Virus record (IMG/VR): IMGVR_UViG_3300005365_000003
Span: 10,730-74,729 of that record
DNA: 64,000 nt
From: a virus
Taxonomy: Duplodnaviria > Caudoviricetes
Direction: 5' to 3' (one strand)
Below, piece by piece: positions 25,788 through 35,673 of the stretch (position 1 is its first letter; each line of letters starts with the position of its first letter). Position numbers and translations under genes: made by a program. The notes beneath the pieces were generated by a model. That model ran no database searches and was not told the origin of the DNA. It saw only the letters and a program-made list of their open reading frames with translations.

Positions 25788-25994
25788 TTACTCTCTCGAA
25801 GCCGTTTCGTCAATCCAATTTTCAACATCGGCATGCCACACTTCTTTTAATCGTTCTTCAACTGAAAGTGAACTTAAGGCCACGTTTCCATTCTTATCGG
25901 GAACGTTCCAATCTTCAAATCGGGCTTTTCTTTTTTCAGACAACAAGTAAGAGCCAAAACTTACAAGGTCTTTTCTGTTAAAATAAGTAACCAT
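25788..25994 (-). CDS. hypothetical protein with own promoter
   Basis: YFNRKDLVSFGSYLLSE.R...V.HAD..NW family motif; TATATTTG at 26069-26076. Confidence 0.7.
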   Translation of the reverse strand: MVTYFNRKDLVSFGSYLLSEKRKARFEDWNVPDKNGNVALSSLSVEERLKEVWHADVENWIDETASRE

Positions 25995-26109
25995 TTTGTT
26001 TTATTTTTTGATTTTGCCTACTCTTGAAAGGATTTTCGGCTTCCTCCTGCGTATATTATGCGCTTATTCAAATATATTAAATATTTTTTTGTTCAATTAA
26101 ATTATTTTA

Positions 26110-26560
26110 TACATTTGTATTACCGAATCGAAATAGAAACGAGCAATGCAGGAGTGCAACTCGCCATTGATAGATCGGTCGACAAACAGTCGTTCTATGA
26201 CATACACAAACTTCCTTGAAAAGTTTGAAGTAAAAATACGGGAGGGGCAACTTTCCCTCCATATTTGGCCCTTCATAAATCTATTCAAGGTGGATTTTTG
26301 AGGGGCTTCTTATTTTTAGTAAGACAGTCCTGGCACTTCAGGAGAAACACCGGTTGGATCAGGTAATTGTAGTTTTCAGAAATACTGAAAACAAAGAATT
26401 GTATCCGCATTTAAAAACACCATTTTCACAATGGTCATTTATAATAGTTTTGGCATAATCAAAACGTTCTATTAGGGGCTCCCAGCCACCACACGTGATG
26501 TTTTCTTATTCATAAACGAGCAAACTGTCTATGTTTGTTGTGATAAAAACAAAAAAAAGA
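26110..26560 (+). ncRNA. candidate structured non-coding RNA
   Basis: TACATTTG -7 element at 26110-26117 followed by consecutive hairpins and no convincing ORF. Confidence 0.4.
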
Positions 26561-26578
26561 AATATTATAAATTATTCC

Positions 26579-26586
26579 TACCTTTG
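26579..26586 (+). promoter_or_regulatory. sigma-70 -7 element upstream of portal
   Basis: TACCTTTG. Confidence 0.6.
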
Positions 26587-26607
26587 AAGAATTAACGCAA
26601 ATTCTCA

Positions 26608-28974
26608 ATGGCAGAATATGACAACAAGGCTATAATTGGTTTCCCTGACCCACTAGCTAATCCTGAAGTAAAAATAAGCTATAAATACGGACTTGCATAC
26701 GCCAAAGCTATGTGGTCCGCTTACACCAGAAATCAACTATGGTGGAACGGAAGGAAGCAGCGCGATATAATCAACAGAAAATACGCTGAAGGGCTAGAAT
26801 CAATCGAGAAGTATAAGGATAGGCTAGATATGCAGGGAGATACATCATGGCTTAACCTTGATTTCAATCCGGTAACACGTATAGCTAATTTGGTCGATAA
26901 TGTCGTAGGAAGGCTTATGGCCCAGGATTACAAAATACAGTGTAATCCTATTGATCCGGCGTCAAGAGCTAAGATTGACGATGCTAGAGATGCTATGAGG
27001 GCTAATATGCTTCTAAAGCCAATAAACGATGTAGTAGAACCACAGACAGGTATTTCGCTTATTCCTAAAGATAAACCCATTCCAGAATCAGACGAAGAGG
27101 CGGATCTTTTTTTTCAGCTGAATCATAAAGCAGGGGAGTCTATTGCTATGGAAGAGGGGTTGGCAGCGGTGTTTTACAATACGGAATTTGAAGATACGAA
27201 GAGAAAAGTTATACGGGATGCAGTGGTGCTTAAAAAACTTTCTATTCATGTTAAGTACGATGAGAATTACAACATCATCCCGGAATACGCCGATCCTGTT
27301 GACCTTGTTTATCCTTATTCAAAATATGAAGATTTCAGAAATGTTCCTTATGTAGGGAAAATCACAAAATATACCATAGGTCAGCTTGCTCAGATGACAA
27401 ATGAGTTTGATGAACCTACATTATGGAAGATAGCAAACGAACAGGCCGGTAAGAATAACAATCCTAACTGGCAATGGGGAAATACGTATGAGGGATATTA
27501 TTGGGATAACCAGGTATATGCTGGGCGTCCGTATGATGATTTTAATGTAAGCGTGATGGAATTTTATTTTCTGTGCGCGGATACACAGAAGTATGTTAAG
27601 AAAGATACTTCAGGAGATAGGTTCTATTTCGATAAAAAAAATCCTAACTACAAAATAGATAAAAGCAGCAATACAGAGGCGAGTAAGAAAAAAGAAATGC
27701 TCGAAAGAGCTGTTCAATATTTATATGAAGGGAAATGGGTTATAGGAACTGAATATATGTATGGGTATAAAAAATGCTCAAATATTCCGCGTGAAAGAAA
27801 GCTAGGTGCTTATTCTCCAAAAGCAGAGCTTCCCATCATAATGATTTATCCGGATATTTATGACATGCAGAATAAGTCACTCGTAGAACGCCTTATCCCA
27901 CATGAAGATCAGATAAATCTTATCCATCAGAAGCAGCAGCAGTTTTTGATAAAAGCAAAACCTCCAGGAGTAAAGATTGATTTAGAGGGAATGGAAAACA
28001 TCACGGTTGCTATGGGTAGCGGGTCTATGACATCTATCGACATAACGAAGATGTATGAGCAGACGGGTAATTATATTTTCAGAAGCAAGGACAAGGCAGG
28101 AAACATTATCAATAGCTCTGTTATTGAGCCGCTGGATAATGGAATAGGAAGAGGATTTATGGAACTATTCGAGGCATACAATCAGGAGCTACAGAAGATG
28201 AATGATGTGATCGGGTTTAACTCAGCTACAGATGGTTCCACTCCGGATCCAAAGAGTCTTGTTGGGGTACAGAAGCTATCGCTAAATGCAACCAATTCAG
28301 CGCTGCGTCCACTTAACTTTGCTTATATACGACTTATTGAGAGAGTATCTAAAAGGCTTACTCTCATGATACAGGATAGTATTGAATTTGAGAATCAAGC
28401 TTTTATTAATTCTATAGGAAATCAAGCAACTAGTCTTATAAAATTAGGGAAGGATATTGCTATGAATGAATTTGGTATCAAGGTAGAGTTATTGCCGGAT
28501 GAGGAAGAGAGAGCGCAAATAAATCAGGATATTTCTATTGCTCTTGCTAATAAAGAGATCACGATGGCAGATGCTATAATGGTTCGCCAGGTTCTTAGGC
28601 AGAATACCAAACTTGCAGAGCAATTGCTTGTGCTTAGGGAGAAAAAGAATATTGAAAATGCTAAGGCGGAGGCGGCTAATAACGCTAAGATTAACGGAGA
28701 GGAGCAGACTAAGGCGGCTCAGGCAGCAGCAGAGGCAAATACCCAATCTGCTTTAGCTATAGAAGAAGCCAAGAGAAAGACTATGCAATTTGAATATGAG
28801 TTGAAGTCAAAACTTTCAGCACAAGAACATCTGCAAAAAATGCCAGAGATTGAATTAGCTAATCAAGGTAAAATTGAAATCGCTCATAAGAACGCGGAGG
28901 GTGGAATTGTTAAGGCAGGTATTGCAGCACATGCTAGCATGAGTAAGGCAAGTGATAATAAGGAGGCGGCTTAA
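26608..28974 (+). CDS. portal protein
   Basis: 788 aa after terL; FPDPLA..E.K..YGLAYAKAMW N-terminus, helical core, A/E/K-rich barrel-like C-terminus as in Bacteroidota podophage portals. Confidence 0.85.
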   Translation: MAEYDNKAIIGFPDPLANPEVKISYKYGLAYAKAMWSAYTRNQLWWNGRKQRDIINRKYAEGLESIEKYKDRLDMQGDTSWLNLDFNPVTRIANLVDNVVGRLMAQDYKIQCNPIDPASRAKIDDARDAMRANMLLKPINDVVEPQTGISLIPKDKPIPESDEEADLFFQLNHKAGESIAMEEGLAAVFYNTEFEDTKRKVIRDAVVLKKLSIHVKYDENYNIIPEYADPVDLVYPYSKYEDFRNVPYVGKITKYTIGQLAQMTNEFDEPTLWKIANEQAGKNNNPNWQWGNTYEGYYWDNQVYAGRPYDDFNVSVMEFYFLCADTQKYVKKDTSGDRFYFDKKNPNYKIDKSSNTEASKKKEMLERAVQYLYEGKWVIGTEYMYGYKKCSNIPRERKLGAYSPKAELPIIMIYPDIYDMQNKSLVERLIPHEDQINLIHQKQQQFLIKAKPPGVKIDLEGMENITVAMGSGSMTSIDITKMYEQTGNYIFRSKDKAGNIINSSVIEPLDNGIGRGFMELFEAYNQELQKMNDVIGFNSATDGSTPDPKSLVGVQKLSLNATNSALRPLNFAYIRLIERVSKRLTLMIQDSIEFENQAFINSIGNQATSLIKLGKDIAMNEFGIKVELLPDEEERAQINQDISIALANKEITMADAIMVRQVLRQNTKLAEQLLVLREKKNIENAKAEAANNAKINGEEQTKAAQAAAEANTQSALAIEEAKRKTMQFEYELKSKLSAQEHLQKMPEIELANQGKIEIAHKNAEGGIVKAGIAAHASMSKASDNKEAA

Positions 28975-28977
28975 TCT

Positions 28978-29262
28978 TCAACTTTTTTTAGATGCCCACT
29001 TATTATAAGTATCAGCGTACTCATCCATAGTTTTTCCTTCTTTTATAACCAAGCCTACAGGAGTATCTTTGTCAACCTTTATTTTTCCATCTTCAAAGAC
29101 AAAATATTCTTCTTGTATTGCCTTTAATTCTCGTTTAAATATCCTTATTAGCCCTTCGTATTTTTTATAAAACCTATCTATCTTGCCTCTGTTGAGGTAA
29201 ATATTTCCAACACTCATTTGAGAGAAATCCTTGTCGAGTGTTAGGATGTAGTTTTTTGTCAT
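28978..29262 (-). CDS. hypothetical protein, DUF1617-like
   Basis: KRELKAIQEEYFVFEDG resembles [14 protein letters not shown] of 55518-55883. Confidence 0.55.
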   Translation of the reverse strand: MTKNYILTLDKDFSQMSVGNIYLNRGKIDRFYKKYEGLIRIFKRELKAIQEEYFVFEDGKIKVDKDTPVGLVIKEGKTMDEYADTYNKWASKKS

Positions 29263-29534
29263 TTTACAAGTTGTGTTAATGGAACATCAAGCGCTATAGC
29301 TATACGGCCAAGAACATTAGTCGTAAGTCCATTTTTGTTGTATTTATTTTTAAACATTCGATAAACATGTGTTGGTTCGGAGTCTATCCTTTTAGCTAAT
29401 TCAGCTTTTAGAATATTTTTATTTTTCATTTCATCTTCTATATTTTGAAGAATCCTTTCAGTGTTATCTCTTAATGCTTTTGATATTTGTGGTCGTGTTA
29501 AATACTGCGGCTTGTTAAATTCTTGTTCTTTCAT
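29259..29534 (-). CDS. XRE-family helix-turn-helix protein
   Basis: ILKAELAKRIDSEPTHVYRMF...TTNVLGRIAIALDVPLTQLV. Confidence 0.85.
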   Translation of the reverse strand: MKEQEFNKPQYLTRPQISKALRDNTERILQNIEDEMKNKNILKAELAKRIDSEPTHVYRMFKNKYNKNGLTTNVLGRIAIALDVPLTQLVK

Positions 29535-29971
29535 ATAATTTGTATTTGTTGCATTATTTTTTTTAGTTCTGATTTATTTTTTATGGTTCCATTGAAATAG
29601 TCTACTCCGTCAGGCATATCTTTTCCATCAAATATTACATACTTATCGCGTGATTTGTATAGATAAAAAGTTAAATTAACATGTTTATAACAAGCCATAT
29701 TCCCGTGCATAAATATTAATGATGTCTCTTTCCATCCCAAATTATTAATATCTTCCTCGTCCAAATATTTTACACGAATTTTATTCAGATCTAACGAAAA
29801 TAAATATCCGTTAATTTTTATAGGATGTTGGCCTATTTGTTTTTCCGTCCAAACACATCTTTCTGGAGAATTTTTTTTAATCCAATATCCGCCAGTGTGT
29901 TGCTCTTCATACTCAAATCCTACATGGAACTCATCCAATGATGGGGTATAATATTTTTGTTCTGAATCCAT
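29531..29971 (-). CDS. conserved Bacteroidota-phage hypothetical protein
   Basis: YYTPSLDEFHVGFEYE, IRVKYLDEEDI..LGW, GTIKNKSELKKIM; TATATTTG at 29979-29986 supports start 29971. Confidence 0.7.
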   Translation of the reverse strand: MDSEQKYYTPSLDEFHVGFEYEEQHTGGYWIKKNSPERCVWTEKQIGQHPIKINGYLFSLDLNKIRVKYLDEEDINNLGWKETSLIFMHGNMACYKHVNLTFYLYKSRDKYVIFDGKDMPDGVDYFNGTIKNKSELKKIMQQIQII

Positions 29972-30038
29972 TATAATGCAAATATAGCACAATAACCGTA
30001 AGAACAAACTAGGTCGTAGATAATATTATTAACCAACC

Positions 30039-30046
30039 TAACTTTG
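30039..30046 (+). promoter_or_regulatory. sigma-70 -7 element for scaffold/MCP operon
   Basis: TAACTTTG. Confidence 0.6.
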
Positions 30047-30075
30047 TATTACTAACTAATTTAATTCAATTTAAC

Positions 30076-31242
30076 ATGGCAACCAACGACAATGATTTAT
30101 TTAAAGAAGGACTTAGTAAGCACTTTGCAACACAAGAAATAAAAACAGAAGCTGCTCCTGAGACAGAATTTTTAGAAGCTCAGAAGCAACCAGTCGCGGT
30201 CGCCCAAGATAAAAAAATAGAAAATAAAGCTGAAACGTCGCCAAATGCGGCGGAGAAGCCTGAAGATAAAGTTGTTCTTTCTAATACTAATACAGAAACT
30301 CCGGAAACCAAATCACCGGAAGAAAAAGCTTCAGAACCTGTCAAAGAAGTCAAAATTCCAACACTTGAAGAACTCATTGCAGAGCGCACGGAGGGAAAAA
30401 TCAAGAGCTGGGACGAGATAGAAGCTAAGCTTAATGAGCCAAAACTTGAATTTGCTGATGAGCAGGTTCAAAAAATCAATGACTACATTAAGAATGGCGG
30501 TAAAATTGACAAAAACTGGCTTTACTTCCAAAGTACCGATTTTGAAAAGATTTCTGATCCATTTGAGCTTATTTCAGAGGCTATGCGCCTTGATGAACCG
30601 GGCATAACGGATAAGGAAATTGAGTATCGAATCAAAAATGATTACAAAACTGATGATTGGTCTGATGCAGAAGGTGAGACAACTGAAGTAGAAGAGGTTA
30701 TGTCGGCCAAGATGCTTAGAGAAGCAGAAAAGGCTAAGACTAAACTTAAAGAATTTCAGCAAAAATCATCATTCGCTCCAGGACAGAAATCAGAAGTCGA
30801 TTTGAAAAGAGAGGCTAAAATCAAAGAAGATGCTCAAAAAAATTGGGAAAAATCGGTTGACGAAGGAGTTAAAGGTTTTGACAAAGTTCCTGTAAAAATT
30901 GATGAAAAAGAGGTTTTTGATGTCATAGTATCAGAAGATGAGCGTAAGCCGATCAATGATATGGTCAAAAAAATGGGTTCCGAAGGATTGAATGTACTTC
31001 TGCCTAAGTTCATGGATTCAAAAGGTAATATTGATGTAAAATTATTGTTTAATTACATCTATAAAGCAGAAACCTATGATAATGCGGTAAAAGCAGCATT
31101 AGTCCAGGGGAAAGCCAAAGGGGCATATAAAGAAGTAAAAGAGCTAAAAAACATCAATTTCACAACAGATGGACAAACATCAGCGCCAGAGCACAAAACT
31201 GTAAAAGTACAAGTAGGGGAGCAGCTTTTAGGTATCAAATAG
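30076..31242 (+). CDS. capsid scaffolding protein (putative)
   Basis: Acidic, low-complexity N-terminus, helical; directly upstream of MCP. Confidence 0.7.
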   Translation: MATNDNDLFKEGLSKHFATQEIKTEAAPETEFLEAQKQPVAVAQDKKIENKAETSPNAAEKPEDKVVLSNTNTETPETKSPEEKASEPVKEVKIPTLEELIAERTEGKIKSWDEIEAKLNEPKLEFADEQVQKINDYIKNGGKIDKNWLYFQSTDFEKISDPFELISEAMRLDEPGITDKEIEYRIKNDYKTDDWSDAEGETTEVEEVMSAKMLREAEKAKTKLKEFQQKSSFAPGQKSEVDLKREAKIKEDAQKNWEKSVDEGVKGFDKVPVKIDEKEVFDVIVSEDERKPINDMVKKMGSEGLNVLLPKFMDSKGNIDVKLLFNYIYKAETYDNAVKAALVQGKAKGAYKEVKELKNINFTTDGQTSAPEHKTVKVQVGEQLLGIK

Positions 31243-31275
31243 TAAAACTAACGATTATTAACACAAGAAAATAAC

Positions 31276-32742
31276 ATGCCAAATATTCCAAGTCTATTAC
31301 AAGCCCCAACCAATCATAATTGGATGAGTTCTCAGTTCGCTGTAGCAAGCGCGCTGGATGCGGCACTATTAAAACCAAGCGTTGATACAGAGTTTATCAG
31401 ACGTTATGGCGATCAGAACATGACTGGCTTCATGGAAATGCAGGGAGCAATGAATCCTGTATCAGCGCTTCAATATATCCACTTTGAAGAAGATTGGTTG
31501 CATACAATTGTAAAGGTTGTCGGACAAGCTGCCGGCGCAGCAAATGCTTCTGTGACATTCACGCTAGCTACTTCCCCAGCATACACATACACTTATCCTA
31601 CGACCGCGCAGGCTCCTTATATTTCTATTGGGCCGTCATCTACCGGCGCAACCACTAACCCGGTTCTGGTAAATGATATTATTGAGTTTCCAAATGGTAT
31701 CCAGGGCCGCGTAACTGCTGTAACTACAACAACTTTTGACATATCTCCTATTCAGCTTGGAGACGCGATCCCAGCCACTACAACAAACGTATCGGAACTT
31801 ATTATTATCGGTAACTCGTTTGGTGAAGGAACAGATCAGCCGCTGTCAAGAAACAGCCGCGCGTTGAAATATACCAATAACCTTCAGATCTTCAAACGTA
31901 CGCATACCACTACTGGTTCTGCTATGGGAGAACAAATCTGGTTCAAGGTTGATGGTATCAATGGCACTTCCGGGTATTTGTGGTACTACAAAGGTCAGCT
32001 TGATGAGTTCAAGAGAATGAAAAATGAGCGCGAAGTATCGCTGCTTGTTGGTCAAAAAACAACCAACACTACTCTTGCCAATCTTGCTTCTCCTGATGAA
32101 AGCACAAACATCACTACAGAGGGCCTGATTCCGTTCATCACAAACAACGGCAACATCACCACATATTCTCTTATCAGTGGTATCCTGCTTTCTGACTTCG
32201 AAACAATGATCGCCACACAGCTGGATAAATACCGTGGTGCTAAGGAAAACACTTTATGGTGCGGTATCAACCTTTCGCAAGGTATCGATCGCTTCATGAG
32301 GGCTGAAATGAAAAACGGAGCCATCTCTTACGGAGCATTCCAGGGATCAAAAGAAAAGGCTATAAGTTTCAATTTTGCTTCTTTTGAACTTACCGGGTAC
32401 ACTTTCCATAAGAAGACTTATGATGTGTTCAATTATCCACAAATGTTAGGAGCTGCCGGTCATGGTTATGTTAACCTGGGCCTTGTTTGTCCTGCGGATA
32501 ATGTTGTGATGTCGCTTGGACCTGAAAAAACCAAGACTACTGTTCCTTCTATGCGTATCAATTATCTTTCTCAAACTGGCGGAGCCGGAGGAAGCTACAA
32601 ACGTGATTGGGAAGAATTTATGACAGGTGGTGCTAATGGAACCTATACTAATCAATCCGATAAGGTTGATTACAACATGAGAAGTCATGTGGGACTCGAA
32701 GCGTTTGCTGGCAACAGGTGGATTAAGATAGTTGGCGCATAA
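31276..32742 (+). CDS. major capsid protein (HK97 fold, crAss-like/Bacteroidota type with beta insertion)
   Basis: RYG.Q...GF, YIHFEEDWLH, NNLQIFKRT..TGSA, KRMKNEREVSLLVG, TEGLIP, GYTFHKK. Confidence 0.9.
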   Translation: MPNIPSLLQAPTNHNWMSSQFAVASALDAALLKPSVDTEFIRRYGDQNMTGFMEMQGAMNPVSALQYIHFEEDWLHTIVKVVGQAAGAANASVTFTLATSPAYTYTYPTTAQAPYISIGPSSTGATTNPVLVNDIIEFPNGIQGRVTAVTTTTFDISPIQLGDAIPATTTNVSELIIIGNSFGEGTDQPLSRNSRALKYTNNLQIFKRTHTTTGSAMGEQIWFKVDGINGTSGYLWYYKGQLDEFKRMKNEREVSLLVGQKTTNTTLANLASPDESTNITTEGLIPFITNNGNITTYSLISGILLSDFETMIATQLDKYRGAKENTLWCGINLSQGIDRFMRAEMKNGAISYGAFQGSKEKAISFNFASFELTGYTFHKKTYDVFNYPQMLGAAGHGYVNLGLVCPADNVVMSLGPEKTKTTVPSMRINYLSQTGGAGGSYKRDWEEFMTGGANGTYTNQSDKVDYNMRSHVGLEAFAGNRWIKIVGA

Positions 32743-32754
32743 TCAATTAGTTAC

Positions 32755-32789
32755 ATGCTGTAGTTGAATTAAAAACTCAACTACAGCAT
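32755..32789 (+). terminator. perfect 13-bp hairpin after MCP
   Basis: ATGCTGTAGTTGA / TCAACTACAGCAT; short U-tract. Confidence 0.7.
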
Positions 32790-32835
32790 TTGTAATTTAA
32801 AATTAAATAATCATCATAATTAAATTAAATTTAAA

Positions 32836-33978
32836 ATGGAAACTACACTTGCAGAAGAAAAAAGGCGCTACGGAACAATCCAGGATTTTAATCTTAAAAC
32901 ATCAAATCACTGGGAAAAATTGTACGTGTTCGTATTGAAATGTCAAAACGCTACTCCATCAGTTGAGGGGCGACATTATCCAAATAATTATTCCCTTAAA
33001 TTGGAAGGAAAAATATTTGACAGACACGCTAAAGATAAAAACGGAAAAGTATCTCCACGTACAAGAACCATAAGAGTTGTGCAGGGAGAGGTTAGTATAT
33101 ACAAAGATGAACAAACAGAAGACGGTCAGAAGCTTGAGCCAATCCGGGTAGAATTTTCTAAGGATGGCGTTAAGATAGTTGAAGCCAGGGAAGAACTGGT
33201 ACTTGAATATATGCTTCGATCAAATCTTAATGAAACAAATCCAGAAAGAGATGTAAATGTTCGCCCTATTTATGGTCTTCTTGATTTGAAAACAGGTCTT
33301 CAAAATGAGATGGAAAAAGACATGAATGAATCGAAAGCGGCAAACTGGTGTCATACAATAGATTTTAAGTATCTAATTCGTTATGCAAGAGTTCTTGGAG
33401 TTGATACAACAAAAGATCCGGATGAGATTCGTTACGCTATGAGATATTTAGCCAAACTTGATCCAAAGAAGTTCAATAATGGCCTTGAAAATAAGCTAAC
33501 ACTTCGCAAGTTTGATGTACTTCAGGCTAGTGATGATGGGCTTGTTAAGATTGATTTGAGGTCAAATGCTATTTATTGGGAGAATGGAAATCTGATTACA
33601 CATGCTCCGATAGGAAAGAGTCCGGTGGATCACTTTGTTGATCTCAGCATGTCGGATTCGGCAATGGATCTTGCTTACCGAACTATGGCGCAACAGGTTA
33701 ATGCAAACAATGAGGACATAAAGGTTGAAATTCCTGTTGCTAAAGTTAATATTTCTGCGCAACCTCAAGCCGGGACAACAGCCATAGCTGTTGATGTAAA
33801 TACTCCTCTGGCTGATCTGGTTGATGCAGCTATAAAATCAGGAGTGGCAGTTTATCAGAAGCCGTGGATCATGTATAATGGAAAAAAGTTTATGGGCAAG
33901 AATAAATTTGCTGTTGCTTTAGAGAATGATGCTTTACTGAAAGATGCTCTAATAAAAGCATGTTCGGCAGGAAAGTAA
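32836..33978 (+). CDS. conserved head-module protein with RecA C-terminal-like domain
   Basis: Follows MCP; DLVDAAIKSGV...PWIMYNGKKFMGKNKFAVALENDALLKDAL. Confidence 0.6.
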   Translation: METTLAEEKRRYGTIQDFNLKTSNHWEKLYVFVLKCQNATPSVEGRHYPNNYSLKLEGKIFDRHAKDKNGKVSPRTRTIRVVQGEVSIYKDEQTEDGQKLEPIRVEFSKDGVKIVEAREELVLEYMLRSNLNETNPERDVNVRPIYGLLDLKTGLQNEMEKDMNESKAANWCHTIDFKYLIRYARVLGVDTTKDPDEIRYAMRYLAKLDPKKFNNGLENKLTLRKFDVLQASDDGLVKIDLRSNAIYWENGNLITHAPIGKSPVDHFVDLSMSDSAMDLAYRTMAQQVNANNEDIKVEIPVAKVNISAQPQAGTTAIAVDVNTPLADLVDAAIKSGVAVYQKPWIMYNGKKFMGKNKFAVALENDALLKDALIKACSAGK

Positions 33979-34000
33979 TTTTTTTATAGTAGCATTTATA

Positions 34001-34047
34001 AAAGCCCATTGTAGTGAATTGATAAGTTTTCTATAATGGGCTTTATT
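34001..34047 (+). terminator. intrinsic terminator
   Basis: AAAGCCCATT...AATGGGCTTT followed by ATTT. Confidence 0.75.
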
Positions 34048-34091
34048 TATATATAAAAAAGAAATACCTTTACGCTGTAAAAAAAATAAAA

Positions 34092-35672
34092 ATGCCTACC
34101 ATCCTCACTACCCCAAGCTGGACCACCACATTCGATCTTACAACAAATCCAAAAACTTTTCTTTTTACCGATACAACAAATTATGCAGCTGCCGGCATCC
34201 CGCTTACTGGCGTGAAGGGTAATTTTAATATAATCTCTCCTTCAGGTGTAATTATATGGAACAACACTCAATACGATTCAAATGCGGATATCGTTGCCAA
34301 TGTTAGTGTAAATAATGACTCTATCCCGCTTCCAAACCTTGCAAATCAAGCTCCAGAACAAGGAGTTTATACTATAGCTTACAGTGTAGAGATAACAGAC
34401 GGTGTTAATCCTGTTTATTTCATAGGAGATACTGAGACATATAATTTTGTCTACACATCTCCTGTTGTTTGTATTGTTCCACAAGTAGATTGTATTTCTC
34501 CTTTGTTTACGGCAGCAGACACAACTAATTACACCGTAAATTCAGTTACACCAACTATTACAAGGGAATTTATACTTACTTATCCAACCGGATCAGGAGG
34601 CACGCCAATAATAAATAACACTTCTGCAACAATAACTACATCCACTTTCTACAATGGATTACAGGTACTCACTGTTGATAGCGACTTGAGTTTTGAATAT
34701 TCAAATTTCTTTGTTTCCGATAATGTTGTTGGAACAAAATCACAGAATGTAGATTGTTCGTTTTTTTGTGAATTATATTGCTGCTTAAAATCTCTTAATG
34801 GTCGGATGGACTTGGCAATGGGAGTGAATGATGTTCTGTTTGAACAGTTGAGCGAGCAGTTTCAACTTGTAATGGCAAAAGTACAACTATTATTAAGTTC
34901 TATAGATTGCGGAAAGCAAAATGATGCCAATATTTATATAGCACAAATAAAAATACTTGCAAACTGTACGAACGATTGTACTTGCACAGACGGAACCCCA
35001 TCACTTGTGACAGGCATAGGTGGAATAAATAATGTAAATGTAGTGGTAGTATCAGGCGGCGCGCCAATAACTGTTACTCCTGTTACGGTAAGCGGAATAA
35101 CTACTTATACAATATCCTTCGATCAAGTGCTAGTTACGAAAATAAACAACAGCTATAATACTGTAGTTACAAATACAGACGGAACTATAACTGTTCAGGA
35201 TAGCGGTATAATATCAGATGCTAGAACTTTTGAAATCTCCGCTAATTATGTTGAATACAACAGACTTGAGTTCACTGCGCGTATTCAGTATTCTGTGCCA
35301 GGAGCTCCTGTGTGTACAATAACCGTAGGTAATACTCTTGTCAGCGGGGCAAATATGGATTCGCCAGCTGTAGTTACGAATGCTACAATAGGATTAAGTA
35401 ATGGTAAATTTTTTAATAACCTATTTACTGTTTCCGGATTTATGGTTACTCCGGCTAACGATTATAAAGTAGATATTGAAGCGGTTCTTCTTGGCCTTAA
35501 TCCTGCGGCAACCAATATGTATAATCTGCCGAAACAATTACTTTGTGAAGTTCTTGACCAGGCATCTGGAACATTTAACTTCAGATTCACAGATGTAAAT
35601 GGAATGCCTCTAACAAACGATTACATGACAACTACAACAGATATTAAAGTAAACATTAAAATCTCAGAATAA
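34092..35672 (+). CDS. virion structural protein (Ig-like repeats, Cys-rich centre)
   Basis: T/N/V-rich beta composition, position in tail module. Confidence 0.6.
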   Translation: MPTILTTPSWTTTFDLTTNPKTFLFTDTTNYAAAGIPLTGVKGNFNIISPSGVIIWNNTQYDSNADIVANVSVNNDSIPLPNLANQAPEQGVYTIAYSVEITDGVNPVYFIGDTETYNFVYTSPVVCIVPQVDCISPLFTAADTTNYTVNSVTPTITREFILTYPTGSGGTPIINNTSATITTSTFYNGLQVLTVDSDLSFEYSNFFVSDNVVGTKSQNVDCSFFCELYCCLKSLNGRMDLAMGVNDVLFEQLSEQFQLVMAKVQLLLSSIDCGKQNDANIYIAQIKILANCTNDCTCTDGTPSLVTGIGGINNVNVVVVSGGAPITVTPVTVSGITTYTISFDQVLVTKINNSYNTVVTNTDGTITVQDSGIISDARTFEISANYVEYNRLEFTARIQYSVPGAPVCTITVGNTLVSGANMDSPAVVTNATIGLSNGKFFNNLFTVSGFMVTPANDYKVDIEAVLLGLNPAATNMYNLPKQLLCEVLDQASGTFNFRFTDVNGMPLTNDYMTTTTDIKVNIKISE

Positions 35673-35673
35673 C

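Noticed and set aside
26140-26400. Group I intron
   Set aside because: AAGACAGTCC resembles an S element, but there is no upstream GACT partner for P7 on the same strand and no interrupted gene
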